Shown: positions 55,401-63,759, numbered from the stretch's first letter. The stretch: 64,000 bases of DNA from a virus (IMGVR_UViG_2974506819_000001:162789-226788); one strand, 5' to 3'. Made by a program: numbers and translations. The notes: generated by a model from the sequence alone, not told the origin.

Positions 55401-56734
55401 TGGTGAAGCGTACCCGTAGTCAGCTGCACAGCTACAAGGGGATTATCTCGGAATCCAACAAAGACTCCGGGAAAGTCGGCTTTATCAGTTACCTCACCAG
55501 TGACCCGTCTATTTCGGATTACCGAGGCAACATTGATTTAAATGCCAAGCCTTCCAATACTGGGTTGTTCTCTGTCATCGGTAACTTGCAGTACGGTGGC
55601 ACGGTTGACAGTCCACAGCGTACCAGCTTCGCCAGTATTCAGGCCAGTCAGGCAGTCAGTGCTCAGAACTATACACCGAACATTCTGCGTACGGGTTATG
55701 ATAACGTCATGGCACACCGCACCACCGAGCTGTACAGCAAGATTGCACAGCAAGATGGTAAAGTGACATCGGTCACCAAAGACGCTCTGGTGGTTACGTA
55801 TAAAGACGGCACCACCGATAACTATCCGTTGGGTCTGGTGATCGGTACGGCCTCCGGTGAATACCACCCACATAAACGCATTACTGACTTAAAAGAAGGG
55901 GACACCTTCAAAGCTGGGGAAGCGTTAGGGTGGGACGACCAGTGGTTCATTCGTGATCCATTCTGTCCGGGACAGCTGACGGTAAAAGTGGGACGCATGG
56001 TGCGTATCGCATTAGTAGAAGACCAGGGTGTGTATGAAGACTCCTTGGAAATCGCGAATGAGTTTGCACAAGAGTGTGTCACACCGTATATCAAGTGTAA
56101 GTCTTTCCTGATTGGCGTTGAGCAAGCGTTAACGATGCGGGCGAAAGTAGGTGACGAAGTTGACTACGACACGATTTTATGCGATGTCGAAGACGCGCAC
56201 GTTGCCGATATTGTCGATATCCCATCTGACGCTGGCGGGATTATGAAGTTTGGTACACGACAGGTTAAGTCTCATCACCACGGTAAAGTGGTTGCCATTG
56301 AAGTGAAGTACAATGGGCAGTATGAAGAGATGAGTCCGTCGGTGCTGGAGTTCGTGACCAAGGCTGATAAAGAACGTGCTCGCTTGGCAAAAATTACCAA
56401 TAGCGGTATCGTGAACGGAAACATTTCCTCGAACCTGAACGTGAAGAAACAATCTATCATGCCAGGCAAGGTGAAAATCATGGTGTACATTGAAGCCCTC
56501 GACCCATCGGTCACCGCTGACAAATACGTTATCGGTAATCAGATGAAAGGCACCGTGGGTAACATCATGCACCGGAAACTGTTTACCCGTGACGGCCGTG
56601 AAATCCAGGTGAAGTTCAGTTTCAAATCGCTGTTCAACCGTATGGTACTCAGTCTGCGTAATAAGCTGACTGTGAATGAACTGGTGATCCATGTAACCAA
56701 ACAAGCCGTGGATATTTACCGAGGACGAGTGTAA
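52418..56734 (+). CDS. rpoB: Virion RNA polymerase, beta subunit (phiKZ gp178-like)
   Basis: 1438 aa; GIISESNKDSGKVG, NILRTGY, YEDS, ADKYVIGNQMKGTV (RpoB GDK...HGNKG equivalent); coupled to beta' (TAATG). Confidence 0.85.
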   Translation: MKTLLYSEFFRSFVLRKKTELVQPNFLPISEIFLPKFSLIHYLPKHAQEYGPAVTEPFISNFPKDVFIDFVLDFDPVLGKGHNVAFDKLKAIKAYRSSHYTYNWTRNISSVYNRENVLVVENYGLMEKNWAYRPSVFAQYEQYYNRMREVLVNVNAQSKLAKRKQFLRIDLPLVMPEFKGLQEDYRHHLKSFENGLPNPTRQSIRLTKRENSYWVLDWYAFLLGDYEHSMFGQLSDEALDDLHLIFTFNSKCLVVNLGLIKQWFDEIKKDAQRLNATKRFYLALINLTRGGVSEKEIVEEEEENGTATADAGKAKAQAPVVEAEGSDETGGDTGSETEDVSGTSQSTGSTAPAGDILDVFGSNKGSNSGSDDAAGNPGSGADAESDPDAGVQDVAEDWTGDVDDRLLEEETSQDEEVHYDKRDVFDNPMQGIQMALEERARDGSLSVAEQEFFVRKGSRYLEIEMNDGKNFAEFMEIQPEELKTLKADAQVTGEFATVLDESMLQNRAAVLRKDYVNKGLLMKDITRCVLGIQNAGVCLTDFRHERITNVAGSYDTFTLQMHPVDGSQSTRQIRIPAVDKDGMFMVDEVKYHLQLQRMELPIRKINERQVALTSYYDSKLMISRNDKANDDYARWLIKQIQAQATDKKIVIRNGNVYDKTMKTPRLYSMMAKKFQDISIKDPEMTFDFNFHKLVEAHPEFKDYNKLDKFLIGVKGKDPIWVDDYGNVYVGQKEQGTFESLLGISTRKAPLEHCVVNIRGYQFPIGVVLCYYFGIDKLLKIIKAQTRTVPMGNKPNLTEDEFAMVFNDEYLIFNRRERLTTLIFGGMVGLTNLSNFSRVDLNNKGVWVPLMGDPKVKPTHFKEMKNIFDLFIDPITKDELKRMGYSVTIHYLLIDAVKLLMTDYTRHEVELEEQRVVGYERFAGQIYGELCRSIRQYRNKGGDRKHTVDLNPEGVILGIITDTSVNSVEEVSPFHQLKDQEEVTFGGNRGRNEISMVKRTRSQLHSYKGIISESNKDSGKVGFISYLTSDPSISDYRGNIDLNAKPSNTGLFSVIGNLQYGGTVDSPQRTSFASIQASQAVSAQNYTPNILRTGYDNVMAHRTTELYSKIAQQDGKVTSVTKDALVVTYKDGTTDNYPLGLVIGTASGEYHPHKRITDLKEGDTFKAGEALGWDDQWFIRDPFCPGQLTVKVGRMVRIALVEDQGVYEDSLEIANEFAQECVTPYIKCKSFLIGVEQALTMRAKVGDEVDYDTILCDVEDAHVADIVDIPSDAGGIMKFGTRQVKSHHHGKVVAIEVKYNGQYEEMSPSVLEFVTKADKERARLAKITNSGIVNGNISSNLNVKKQSIMPGKVKIMVYIEALDPSVTADKYVIGNQMKGTVGNIMHRKLFTRDGREIQVKFSFKSLFNRMVLSLRNKLTVNELVIHVTKQAVDIYRGRV

Positions 56735-57618
56735 TGACTTTTCGTGATATTAATGCCGTGAAGAATGTCCAGCTTCGTTTAGAAGAGTGCGGACTCTACC
56801 CAAAGGCTATTGACGGGGTGTGGGGTGGTGGTTGTCGTGACGGTGCGATTACACTGTTTGGCGACCACGCGAAAGCGAACGGGATCAAGGACGATCCCGG
56901 TTTCATCAAGATGGGAACAATTCCGGGTGACGTGATTAAAGAACTGCAGCTGATTCTGGCCAGCTTTAATCTGTACAGCGGTGCTATCGATGGCCTGTGG
57001 GGTCGTGGTACCAGCACCGGTCTGGCGACGGTAGTAGAAGGGTATCGTGCTCGTCGTAACCTGCCGAAGTATAACCGTGCTTGGAGCAAACGCGTTTCTC
57101 CTCAGTTCATTCAGATGATTGAAGACTGGGTGAAAGCGCGTGGGCTGCCAGCAGATGCGGTTGACTGGCTGATGGCTTGCATGAACTTTGAAAGCGGCGG
57201 TACGTTTGACCCTCGTATTCAAAACATCGGTGGGTCTAACTACTTCGGTCTGATTCAGTTTGGTGAAATGGCAGCTAAAGACCTGGGGTACACGTTGCGT
57301 CAGGTCATTGCCATGGACCAGCTCACTCAGCTGAAGCTGGTCTTCGCTTACTTTGACATGTGGGCGAAACGCGGTAAGAAGTACACCCAGCTGGAAGACT
57401 TCTACCTCACCATTCTTTATCCGGCAGCGGTTGGTATGAAAGCCGACGAAACGCTGTGGCGTAAAGACCTGGCTAACGGCGCACCGAACAAGAGCTATGT
57501 TCAGAACCGTGGCTTCGATAAGAACAAAGACGGACTTATCACTATCGGTGAAATCTGCACCACTATTTATACGTCCTATTTCGATGGGATGCTAACCAAG
57601 AACCGAGGAATCCTCTGA
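56734..57618 (+). CDS. Modular endolysin (peptidoglycan-binding repeats + lysozyme/SLT-like domain)
   Basis: Two AIDG(V/L)WG repeats; MNFESGG...GLIQF catalytic-domain motifs. Confidence 0.8.
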   Translation: MTFRDINAVKNVQLRLEECGLYPKAIDGVWGGGCRDGAITLFGDHAKANGIKDDPGFIKMGTIPGDVIKELQLILASFNLYSGAIDGLWGRGTSTGLATVVEGYRARRNLPKYNRAWSKRVSPQFIQMIEDWVKARGLPADAVDWLMACMNFESGGTFDPRIQNIGGSNYFGLIQFGEMAAKDLGYTLRQVIAMDQLTQLKLVFAYFDMWAKRGKKYTQLEDFYLTILYPAAVGMKADETLWRKDLANGAPNKSYVQNRGFDKNKDGLITIGEICTTIYTSYFDGMLTKNRGIL

Positions 57619-57794
57619 TGGATAATAAACACGAAACGTTAGTCTCTAACGTTCTGGTGGTTGCGAACGTCACTGAAGTGGTTAAGCGCACCGTGCAGAA
57701 AGTGGGACTGGATTATCTTCCCCCGCTGGATGAAGCGATTGTGGAAGAGCAAATCAGCAAAGCGGTTGTTAGCTGCGTGAAGGGAGCTGAATAA
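57618..57794 (+). CDS. 58-aa small protein missing from the ORF track
   Basis: MDNKHETLVSNVLVVANVTEVVKRTVQKVGLDYLPPLDEAIVEEQISKAVVSCVKGAE; its start overlaps the endolysin stop (TGATG) and its stop overlaps the next start (TAATG). Confidence 0.65.
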   Translation: MDNKHETLVSNVLVVANVTEVVKRTVQKVGLDYLPPLDEAIVEEQISKAVVSCVKGAE

Positions 57795-59308
57795 TGATTA
57801 CCAAAAACAGCGTTATTCTCGCTGAGCCGATCGTCCTGGGTCTGGACAAACCGCTGGTAGAAAACTCGTCTGACATCGTAAAAGGTCTGATGGAGCTTTC
57901 CTACGGCGCGATGCCTTATGGCGATACCTACCGTACGGAAATTGCTGAAGTAACCGCAGACAACGGTCACACCGATGTAGTGGAACATGTGACCACCAAG
58001 CTGGCGGAAAGCATTCGCGAAGTGTTCTCGCAGATTTCTACCTACGGCATCGGCTTTGCGCGTGTGCTGGCAGATGAGCTGCGTAATGCACAAAACGACG
58101 ACCACATCATTGATGCAGCAACCTCGGGTCTGACCATTCGTTTCGTTAACCTCGACAACGACTTCCTGGTCTCTACGCTGTATCCGGCCGGTCCGAAAAA
58201 CGTGCAGTTCAATTACGACTCTATCGACCTGAGTGTGATTGATCGTCTGCAGTTCAACACTGACATGTGCGGTGAGCTGGCCAAGAGCTACATTGATATC
58301 CAGCATCCGGATATCGTTCGCGTCATGAAAGACGACGAGTGTGATAGCGAAGAAGCGTTCTACAGCATCATGGACGTTGAGTGCCTGCGCTCGCTGTTCC
58401 ATCATCAGAACGGTCGCTTTGACTTCACCACGGTGAAAACCTATCGTCTGGCGCTGCTGTTCAAGATGTACGTTATCCTGAGCAAAATGTACAGCTCTGA
58501 TGATCCGATCAAATCACTGGTTGGTGGTACGCTCACGGATTACCGTGAATACGTTAGCCTGCTGTGGAACGGTCTGTCTACCTACCTGGCTCGTATGAAA
58601 GGTATGGTGGGTGTGCTGCGTGGTCGTGGTATTGCGTTGCATCAGAACAAGCCGGTTCGTTTCAATGCGGTTAAGCGTCACTTCGACCTGACCAACTCGA
58701 CGTTTGAATTCCAGGAACTGCACGGCGACGTTACGGTGTTCTACACCAAGCCTGCGGCTGATACCCTGGCGGCAAACAATTACTGTCTGCGTGACTGGGT
58801 TATTGGTCGTTTGCTGTGTGACCTGAAAGGCGAAGCACACGTTCCGGATGCCGCACTGCTGTCTGGCAACAAACTGACTGGTGTAATGAATGCCTTCATG
58901 GACTTCATTCGTAGTGGTCTGCTGGAACGTCGTCGCGAAGTAACCGAGTTCCTCTTCCAACGTGCTGTTAACAACTTCGTTATGGGTAATGAAACCCTGC
59001 GTGAGTTTGTAGCGGCTATGGACGAAGAAGGTCTGAACGCCGAGAAGATTGTGCATCGCATGAACAGCGATTTCAAATGTGGTTATAACCTGGCGGTTTA
59101 TCTCGATAACCATCCGGGGATGTCCACTGAAGACGCGGTTATCTCCAGCGGTGTGGTTCAACGCTTCCTGCGTGCCATTGATTGCTCTCTGGCCGCTAAC
59201 ATCATCGCCGAAACCGAGTATCACTCTGAACACGACGACGCGGTGGAAAAACGTAAACGTCTTCACGCTGCACTGATCAAAGTGCTGGTGAACAAACTCA
59301 TGGGTTAA
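57794..59308 (+). CDS. Hypothetical protein (phiKZ gp177-like position)
   Basis: 504-aa ORF in the protease operon. Confidence 0.65.
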   Translation: MITKNSVILAEPIVLGLDKPLVENSSDIVKGLMELSYGAMPYGDTYRTEIAEVTADNGHTDVVEHVTTKLAESIREVFSQISTYGIGFARVLADELRNAQNDDHIIDAATSGLTIRFVNLDNDFLVSTLYPAGPKNVQFNYDSIDLSVIDRLQFNTDMCGELAKSYIDIQHPDIVRVMKDDECDSEEAFYSIMDVECLRSLFHHQNGRFDFTTVKTYRLALLFKMYVILSKMYSSDDPIKSLVGGTLTDYREYVSLLWNGLSTYLARMKGMVGVLRGRGIALHQNKPVRFNAVKRHFDLTNSTFEFQELHGDVTVFYTKPAADTLAANNYCLRDWVIGRLLCDLKGEAHVPDAALLSGNKLTGVMNAFMDFIRSGLLERRREVTEFLFQRAVNNFVMGNETLREFVAAMDEEGLNAEKIVHRMNSDFKCGYNLAVYLDNHPGMSTEDAVISSGVVQRFLRAIDCSLAANIIAETEYHSEHDDAVEKRKRLHAALIKVLVNKLMG

Positions 59309-59312
59309 CATA

Positions 59313-60038
59313 ATGGACGTCACTAAACTTACCTATAATCCTAAACGGATTGAATCGTTGTACACCGTAATGGAAGATCGGTCAGTGGTGGCGAACCGTT
59401 CCTTTGAGGTGCACATTCCAAAACGGTTTACAGAAAACGGCATGGCCGAGGTTACCGACGTTGTGACCTCGGTTGTGGTATTGGGCTTGGTTATTCCAGG
59501 CGAGTGCTACGGTACGCTGATTGCCTTGATGGCCTGTACCATGATTCCTTCGGGGATGCGTGAGATTGGTATCGATGGCGAGAAGTATTTGATTCTCGAA
59601 ATTGAGAAAGGGGATACGTTTATTGAGAACCTCTCAGTAACCAAAGACCCGGACATGCCGTATCACTACTTCATGGAGTTCAACGTCTATAGCCGCCTGC
59701 CGTGGTATGTGCAGCCCAAGATGTTAACGTCATTGTACGATAATGCCAAAATCGATTTGGGTAAGGCAGTGGGAAGTTCCCCTCAGGTTATGCGGGTGTT
59801 TAACGCCATGCAGTTCCGTGACCCGGATAACCTGGACATTCCCTATCGTAACAGTAAAGCGATGTTGGACGGTCGTCCGCCAGTTATAGTGGGTCTGAAT
59901 AACAGCAGTATGTTGATTGATGGTACATTCTCGAAACTTCTCGGTGGGTATCTGTCGGACAATATCTTGGCCGCCATTATTAACCCGGATAGCCGGACAA
60001 CGGATTTCGAAAAAGTCATTAAAGGAATACCGGAATGA
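59313..60038 (+). CDS. Hypothetical protein (phiKZ gp176-like position)
   Basis: 241-aa ORF directly before the prohead protease. Confidence 0.65.
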   Translation: MDVTKLTYNPKRIESLYTVMEDRSVVANRSFEVHIPKRFTENGMAEVTDVVTSVVVLGLVIPGECYGTLIALMACTMIPSGMREIGIDGEKYLILEIEKGDTFIENLSVTKDPDMPYHYFMEFNVYSRLPWYVQPKMLTSLYDNAKIDLGKAVGSSPQVMRVFNAMQFRDPDNLDIPYRNSKAMLDGRPPVIVGLNNSSMLIDGTFSKLLGGYLSDNILAAIINPDSRTTDFEKVIKGIPE

Positions 60039-60889
60039 GCCAAACCGTCTCTTTCGGTAACGTGATTTTAGCACAGAGCGGTAAGAAAGGGATTTTGCGT
60101 CCTATCGACGACAGCGGGTACTACATGCTGAACGCCGGTGGATTCAACATCCCTAACCGCTCGGGCATCACTTACCGAGCCAACGATTACATCTACGAAT
60201 GTATGGGGCCGGACTCTGACCTGAGCCGTCGCGTGAAGCGTGGTGAAGTGTACATGGAGCTCGACCATCCTCCGCAGTACTACCTGGAAAAAATCAACGG
60301 TCAAGTTGTGCGTACGCGTATCACTGACGTGTTTGAATGGATTCTGCGTCTGCGTACCATTTGCATGGACCGTGTCTGTGCACACATTCGCAAGATTCAC
60401 TGGGATATCACGGGTGACCGTGGAGCACCGATTTACAACCGTGTCGAAACGACCCCGTTTGGACCGTTTAAAGAGATGTTCCAACAGAGCCTGGATACTC
60501 CGGACATCAATACCTCTATCAGTGTGCGTACTGTAACCAAACCGCAGAAGGTTGGCGACCGTACCCGTGAAGTGGATTATTTCACTGGCTACGACTATGT
60601 TCCGGAACCGGGCATGGACCGTGCTAACAAACACATGACCGCAGGACTGGAAAACTATCTCCAGGATGGCGCGTTGGCGTTTGGTGAAGATAACGAACTC
60701 ACCACTGACTTTGATGCGATGATCTACATGGTTGAAAGCACCATGTCGAACCCAACGGTCATGCAGCGTTTTGAAGGCACTGAATCTCTGAAAGAACTCG
60801 GCGACATGCTGGCGGTTCTGAAGAAGGCCGGTGCTGTTAGCCGCAAGATCAGCATGGTTAACCGTAGCTCGCTGTCACTGTTTGCTTAA
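60035..60889 (+). CDS. Prohead (head maturation) protease, phiKZ gp175-like
   Basis: YMELDHP (catalytic His), TSISVR (catalytic Ser), YDYVPEPG; possible self-cleavage sites AGLE and EGTE near the C-terminus. Confidence 0.8.
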   Translation: MSQTVSFGNVILAQSGKKGILRPIDDSGYYMLNAGGFNIPNRSGITYRANDYIYECMGPDSDLSRRVKRGEVYMELDHPPQYYLEKINGQVVRTRITDVFEWILRLRTICMDRVCAHIRKIHWDITGDRGAPIYNRVETTPFGPFKEMFQQSLDTPDINTSISVRTVTKPQKVGDRTREVDYFTGYDYVPEPGMDRANKHMTAGLENYLQDGALAFGEDNELTTDFDAMIYMVESTMSNPTVMQRFEGTESLKELGDMLAVLKKAGAVSRKISMVNRSSLSLFA

Positions 60890-60891
60890 CA

Positions 60892-60930
60892 ACTAACCCG
60901 GGGGCAGCCTCGGGTTAGTATTATTTTACG
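60892..60930 (+). terminator. Terminator after the protease operon
   Basis: ACTAACCCGGGG/CCTCGGGTTAGT stem followed by a T-rich tail. Confidence 0.7.
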
Positions 60931-60982
60931 TGTTTGTTTATTTTACTGTCTAAACCACCTACATTTCTTTTAAGGAAGAATC

Positions 60983-61714
60983 ATGACCGAAAGCAAGAAA
61001 CCGTTTTCACAAGACACCATGAAAGCACTGTCTGTGATTACTCGTTTTAACGACGTTATCGGCAATACCAATGTGCTGCGTAGTCTGTACCGTGAATCAC
61101 AAAAAGAGTGGGCGAAATCGGTTAACGCAAACAACGGCGAACACCTGATCAAATCCATTCACACGGCCGGCTTTAAAACCGATGCTGTGCAGGCATACGT
61201 CAGTGTGCTGGCGAAAATCTTCCTGAGCAGCCAGGGTGCTAACCTGAGCGCCTGGTCTAAGAACAGCCTGGCTGAAGAGCATGCACTGACCGCTGCGGTT
61301 ATTAGTCGTATGGGCACCAAGCTCTATGACTCCAACGATCAACTGTTCACCGACGTTGCCACTAAGGTGCTGGGCTTTGACCTGTATCTGGTTGAGTACG
61401 TGCTGGCGTCTGAAGGCGGCGACAAAGCCGTTGACAAACTGGTGGCGTATGTGACCTCTCAGTTTGACGATCTGGTTGGGGCAGAAAACGCCGAGATTTA
61501 TTTCGACGAGCTGATTGAGCACCTGAAACACATCGACCTGATTCAGGACCGCGACAACCTGTTTAGCACCGCGCTGCATCTGATTGTAGGTTACGGCGAA
61601 ACCGACGGTTATGCAGCGTTGCTGAAAGCGGCACAGAACGTGCTGGGTTATGTCATCGGTGATCGTACCGGTGAGCAAGACAAAGTCTTTACCTTCCCGC
61701 CGGCGAAACTGTAA
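60983..61714 (+). CDS. Hypothetical helical protein
   Basis: 243-aa ORF with SD AAGGA and highly biased codon usage. Confidence 0.7.
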   Translation: MTESKKPFSQDTMKALSVITRFNDVIGNTNVLRSLYRESQKEWAKSVNANNGEHLIKSIHTAGFKTDAVQAYVSVLAKIFLSSQGANLSAWSKNSLAEEHALTAAVISRMGTKLYDSNDQLFTDVATKVLGFDLYLVEYVLASEGGDKAVDKLVAYVTSQFDDLVGAENAEIYFDELIEHLKHIDLIQDRDNLFSTALHLIVGYGETDGYAALLKAAQNVLGYVIGDRTGEQDKVFTFPPAKL

Positions 61715-61730
61715 CTGCTTCGCCTAAAAT

Positions 61731-61756
61731 ATTTGAAGCCTGTACTATTAGGGTGA
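61731..61756 (+). promoter_or_regulatory. Putative early-promoter variant
   Basis: ATTTGAAGCCTGTACTATTAGGGTGA aligns with the CT(A)YAYTAYTA..GTG consensus. Confidence 0.4.
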
Positions 61757-61825
61757 CACAGAAGCGGACATCAGTCCGGGGAGATGCGGACGCTACTCCT
61801 TTTGTTTGTCTGCTTCTGTTTACTC
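61751..61825 (+). ncRNA. Structured 5' leader or small RNA (unassigned family)
   Basis: 13-bp stem 61758-61770/61807-61819, extended by 61751-61756/61820-61825, enclosing the hairpin GTCCG/CGGAC. Confidence 0.5.
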
Positions 61826-61857
61826 ATTTAACCATAAATACTTTTAAAGGATAGAAG

Positions 61858-62298
61858 ATGTCTCAGAATAAATCTTTCGCTGACAAAATGGCTGCTGGTG
61901 TAACTAACCTGGTTGAGAACGCACAGTGGGACAAAGCCACTAAACACGCAACCTTCAGCGCTGACAAAATCGAACTGCCTGAAGGCGTATCGGTTGAGTC
62001 CATCAATACCCACATCGATCTGTTCAATACCCTGACCGCGCAAACCGAAGTGGCCACTGCCGAAATCGGCCGCGCACAACGCGCTGATGACGATACCCTG
62101 ACCACCGTCGACGGCACGCTGCAGTTCGGTAACTTCGTTGTTAACTCTCAGCATCACCTGTCTCAGAAAGCCGGCGACGATGTCATGTACGGTCTGTCCA
62201 CCACAACCGTCGATTACATCCACTCCGCAGAGCAGACTGACTGGCTGGAAAAACAGCGCAGTGCCAACATTGAGCTGGCAACCTCCCTGTTCAAATAA
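61858..62298 (+). CDS. Hypothetical 146-aa protein, apparently monocistronic
   Basis: SD AAGGA, strongly biased codons, own promoter-like motif and terminator. Confidence 0.75.
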   Translation: MSQNKSFADKMAAGVTNLVENAQWDKATKHATFSADKIELPEGVSVESINTHIDLFNTLTAQTEVATAEIGRAQRADDDTLTTVDGTLQFGNFVVNSQHHLSQKAGDDVMYGLSTTTVDYIHSAEQTDWLEKQRSANIELATSLFK

Positions 62299-62319
62299 TC
62301 CGTCGCGCTCCGGCGCTGG

Positions 62320-62372
62320 CTCCTATCCCCAATTGGGGATAGGAGTTTCCCTTGTCGTTCTTTTTTGTTTTT
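62320..62372 (+). terminator. Terminator (perfect 26-nt palindrome plus T-tract)
   Basis: CTCCTATCCCCAATTGGGGATAGGAG followed by T-rich sequence. Confidence 0.75.
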
Positions 62373-62382
62373 AATTTATATT

Positions 62383-62410
62383 AAATTTCAAATCTACATT
62401 ACTAATGTGA
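62383..62410 (+). promoter_or_regulatory. Putative early promoter
   Basis: AAATTTCAAATCTACATTACTAATGTGA. Confidence 0.65.
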
Positions 62411-62458
62411 ATCTGTGACCAAAACAATTATACGTTGTAATTTTATCGAGAGGAATCG

Positions 62459-63154
62459 ATGATGAAAGTTATGAAAACTTACCAGGCTATTAAGTTGGTT
62501 ATCGGCGAGGTTCTCCCGGACAAACTTCTGCTGGCTTGTTTGAACTCCATCATTCATAACGATGAGGCACACAACCTGGACCACATCCAAAAGGTTGTCA
62601 CGTTAGGCAATGAATTAGCAGACCGTACAGAACTCAGCATGAAACATCGCCAGATGGTACTGGCCGGTTGTTTGATGCATGACCTCGGTTGTCGCTACCA
62701 TCGCAAGACGCACCATCAAATCAGTTATGGGTTGGCGTTCGAATACTTAGAGAAATTTGGTGACGGTATCTTCACTGAAGAAGAAATCCTTGTGATTGCA
62801 GAAAGCTGTTTGCAGCATCGTGCCAGTTGGACTGAAGACCGCAGTGGTCAGATTTGCGACTTGGTGGCGTTAGCAGACCGCGGTATCTGGAATAAGAAGG
62901 AGTACGTTACCCGCAGTGTACAGTTCCATCTCCACCGTATTGGGGAACTGGGTATCGACGCTGTGCGTAAGGAAGTGCAAATGCACATTCCTGATAAATT
63001 TGGAGAAGACGGCTATGCCTGGAAGAAATATCCACGCATTGGCTTTACGTTGTTTGAAAAGGAAATCGAAGACTTCAAACGGTTTGCTCTATCACCGGCT
63101 GAAATCGATAAGATGATTGATGTAGTATTGAACGAATTAAAGCTGTTTCGTTAA
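62459..63154 (+). CDS. HD-domain metal-dependent phosphohydrolase
   Basis: AHNLDH...LMHDLG...QHR...LADR: the H, HD, H, D metal ligands. Confidence 0.8.
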   Translation: MMKVMKTYQAIKLVIGEVLPDKLLLACLNSIIHNDEAHNLDHIQKVVTLGNELADRTELSMKHRQMVLAGCLMHDLGCRYHRKTHHQISYGLAFEYLEKFGDGIFTEEEILVIAESCLQHRASWTEDRSGQICDLVALADRGIWNKKEYVTRSVQFHLHRIGELGIDAVRKEVQMHIPDKFGEDGYAWKKYPRIGFTLFEKEIEDFKRFALSPAEIDKMIDVVLNELKLFR

Positions 63155-63216
63155 CACAGTATCGGTCAGGGGGCGGAAGCTCTCTGGCTGACTCAACTAA
63201 TTAGAAGGATACCCTT

Positions 63217-63702
63217 ATGTTTGATGCACACACTGTTGACACGATTCTGAACGGATCCCTGCTCCTTATCTGGGCGATTGTCTTTGCGTTAGGCTTACAG
63301 ACTTGGCGGAAGTACAACGAACCCACCTGCACTTTCTTCGTGATGCCGACCAAGTACACCATGAACTGGAAACAGGGTTGGCGTAAAGGTAGCATTTCGA
63401 TTGTCCGCTGCTATGAATGCCATCAACCCAAATTGACACCGGGCTTCAACAGCTGGAACTTTGTGGTTCCTTTGGACATGCCGTATGAAGAGCTCGCGGA
63501 GTTTGTTCGTACCGCACCGGTAGCTGACTATTATGCCAAGAAAGATTTAGACATATTGGAAGCGTTCCGTGACATGGTCTGTGACCCGGTCATGATTACC
63601 GAAGGCAACACCTACGGTGATGAAGCGCTCACCCAACTGCTGGATCACGGCGTGGTACTCAAGCACTATGACAATCAGCTGGTTGTACCGTCACACGCAT
63701 AA
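63217..63702 (+). CDS. Membrane-anchored hypothetical protein
   Basis: N-terminal TM segment SLLLIWAIVFALGL; contains CYECH. Confidence 0.7.
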   Translation: MFDAHTVDTILNGSLLLIWAIVFALGLQTWRKYNEPTCTFFVMPTKYTMNWKQGWRKGSISIVRCYECHQPKLTPGFNSWNFVVPLDMPYEELAEFVRTAPVADYYAKKDLDILEAFRDMVCDPVMITEGNTYGDEALTQLLDHGVVLKHYDNQLVVPSHA

Positions 63703-63705
63703 AGT

Positions 63706-63757
63706 CTAACCCTACTCCTTAACGGAGTAGGGTTAGTAACTTACTTATTTTTTTTTT
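63706..63757. terminator. Bidirectional terminator
   Basis: CTAACCCTACTCC/GGAGTAGGGTTAG stem followed by a T10 tract; lies between convergent genes. Confidence 0.75.
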
Positions 63758-63759
63758 GT

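Noticed and set aside
57713-59323. Long antisense ORFs (230 and 269 aa; similarly 30336-31040, 34416-35021, 61097-61678)
   Set aside because: They are shadows of strongly codon-biased genes on the other strand, with no motifs or ribosome-binding sites.
61751-61825. Assignment to a known riboswitch (fluoride, guanidine, ZTP) or a tRNA
   Set aside because: The recalled consensus nucleotides and a cloverleaf are not present; left unassigned.
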